DNA from: the human T2T-CHM13v2.0 reference genome, Homo sapiens
Assembly (NCBI RefSeq): GCF_009914755.1
Contig: NC_060927.1
Reading direction: 5' to 3' (one strand)
Length of the DNA stretch: 64,000 nucleotides
Positions within the stretch are counted from its first letter, which is position 1. Each line of letters begins with the position of its first letter. Positions 62,845 through 64,000 of this stretch are shown here, piece after piece. A program made the position numbers and the translations under genes. The notes under the pieces are model-generated. The model was not told the origin of the DNA, did no database searches, and was given only the letters and a program-made list of their open reading frames with translations.

Positions 62845-64000
62845 ACCTCCCAGGTTCACACAGCTCCTCCCTGGGGCTGCGCACTGACCCAGGGGCAGGA
62901 GGTGGGCCATCCTCTCGGTGGACTGAAGACCTTGTCCGAAGGGAAAGCAGGGCCGGCCCAAGGCCTGGCTGGAAGAGTGGGTCTTGGTGGCAAAGGCGGC
63001 CCGTGGGGGCAGCCCACGCGAATGCTTCCCCGGCGCCCTGAGCCCCTGACCGCGGCTGAGCCTGCGGTACTCTGGCCCCTCTCGTGGAAAGATGACCTGG
63101 GTCTACCATGCTCAGTATCACCCAAAAATTCCTACAGAAGTCTCTCGGGACAAGAAAAGGCCTTCTTCCCTCCCTCCTCCTTTCCTCTTCCTTTCTTTCA
63201 TCAGGGAACAGCTTCCGGCCGCCTGCACTGTTTGGGCGCCGTCATAAGGAGCCGTGACGGCCTTCACAGAGCTCCGGGGCTCACGGGTGTGGCTGACCTG
63301 CCACAAATGGGGCGACAGAGGAGAGGGAGGGTCGGGCACCGATGGCTCAGGAGGGAAGAGATCCCTTCTGTATGGGGAGACGGGGGCTTCCTGGAGGGCA
63401 CTGGAGCGAGGGGCTCACCAGAGTGAGACATCCAAGGGATCTGGGGGACCGGCCATGGGACACTGCGGTCCCACGTGGCTCCTGGATGTGCTGTGTGTTT
63501 GCTGAGCTGGAGGGGACGGGGAGCCCATGTGTGGGAGAGGGAGAGGCCATGCACGCCCTGAGTCGGGCTTTACCAAAACCTTCTGGGGGCAGCAGGAGAG
63601 GAGCCACGCAGAGGCAGAGCCAGGGAGAGGCGGTGGGGTAGTGAGGGGGATGTCGGGGTGCACGGGTTAGGAGACCCCCGAGTCCTGGGACCTGCATGCT
63701 GATAGTCAAGGTTGCAGAGGCGGCTGCTGTGGTGACCACAGGGCAGGGAGAGGCAGTGGGGTAGTGAGGGAATGTCGGGGTGCACAGCACCAGACCCTCC
63801 CAGATCTTCTGATTCAGTCCTGGGGGGACCCTACCCCAGATCTTCCAATTCAGTCCTGGTTCGGCCTGAGAATTTGCATTTTTAACATGTCCAGGGACCA
63901 CAGTTTGAAAACCTCCACGGCTGACATGTAATGGGATGACATGGTCCAATAAATGAAGGAAAAATAACAGGTGGCAACCTCAGGCAGCTTCATCCCAACC

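Noticed and set aside
62503-63426. 307-aa ORF
   Set aside because: GC-rich low-complexity translation overlapping an inverted-repeat arm, with no recognisable domain and ORFs in several other frames.

Overview
This window is human genomic DNA; the encoded proteins point to chr3q29. It holds most of APOD on the minus strand: non-coding exon 1 with a TATA promoter near 15.0 kb and coding exons 2-5, with the last exon cut off by the window start. About 30 kb of repeat-rich intergenic DNA follows, containing many Alus, L1/L2/MIR/MLT fragments, a solo MER11 LTR, a full-length SVA, a MER41 LTR with tandem GAS motifs, a two-LTR MER4-group provirus, a solo LTR8-like element and a second 5'-truncated MER4 element. 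A partial MUC20 duplicate (MUC20P1-like) lies at 46.0-51.0 kb on the plus strand, with exons 1-2 only, two mucin repeats and a premature TGA. From about 52 kb there is a GC-rich segment with a G-rich VNTR, a CpG island and a non-Alu inverted repeat. I found no clearly new biological system. The best leads are: the MUC20 copy still has an intact 426-aa signal-peptide ORF and a nearby AATAAA, the MER41 LTR keeps both STAT sites, the SVA has a short 3' transduction, and the MER4 provirus has discordant LTRs. Repeat family names come from recall of consensus sequences, not from a database search, and many repeat boundaries are approximate.
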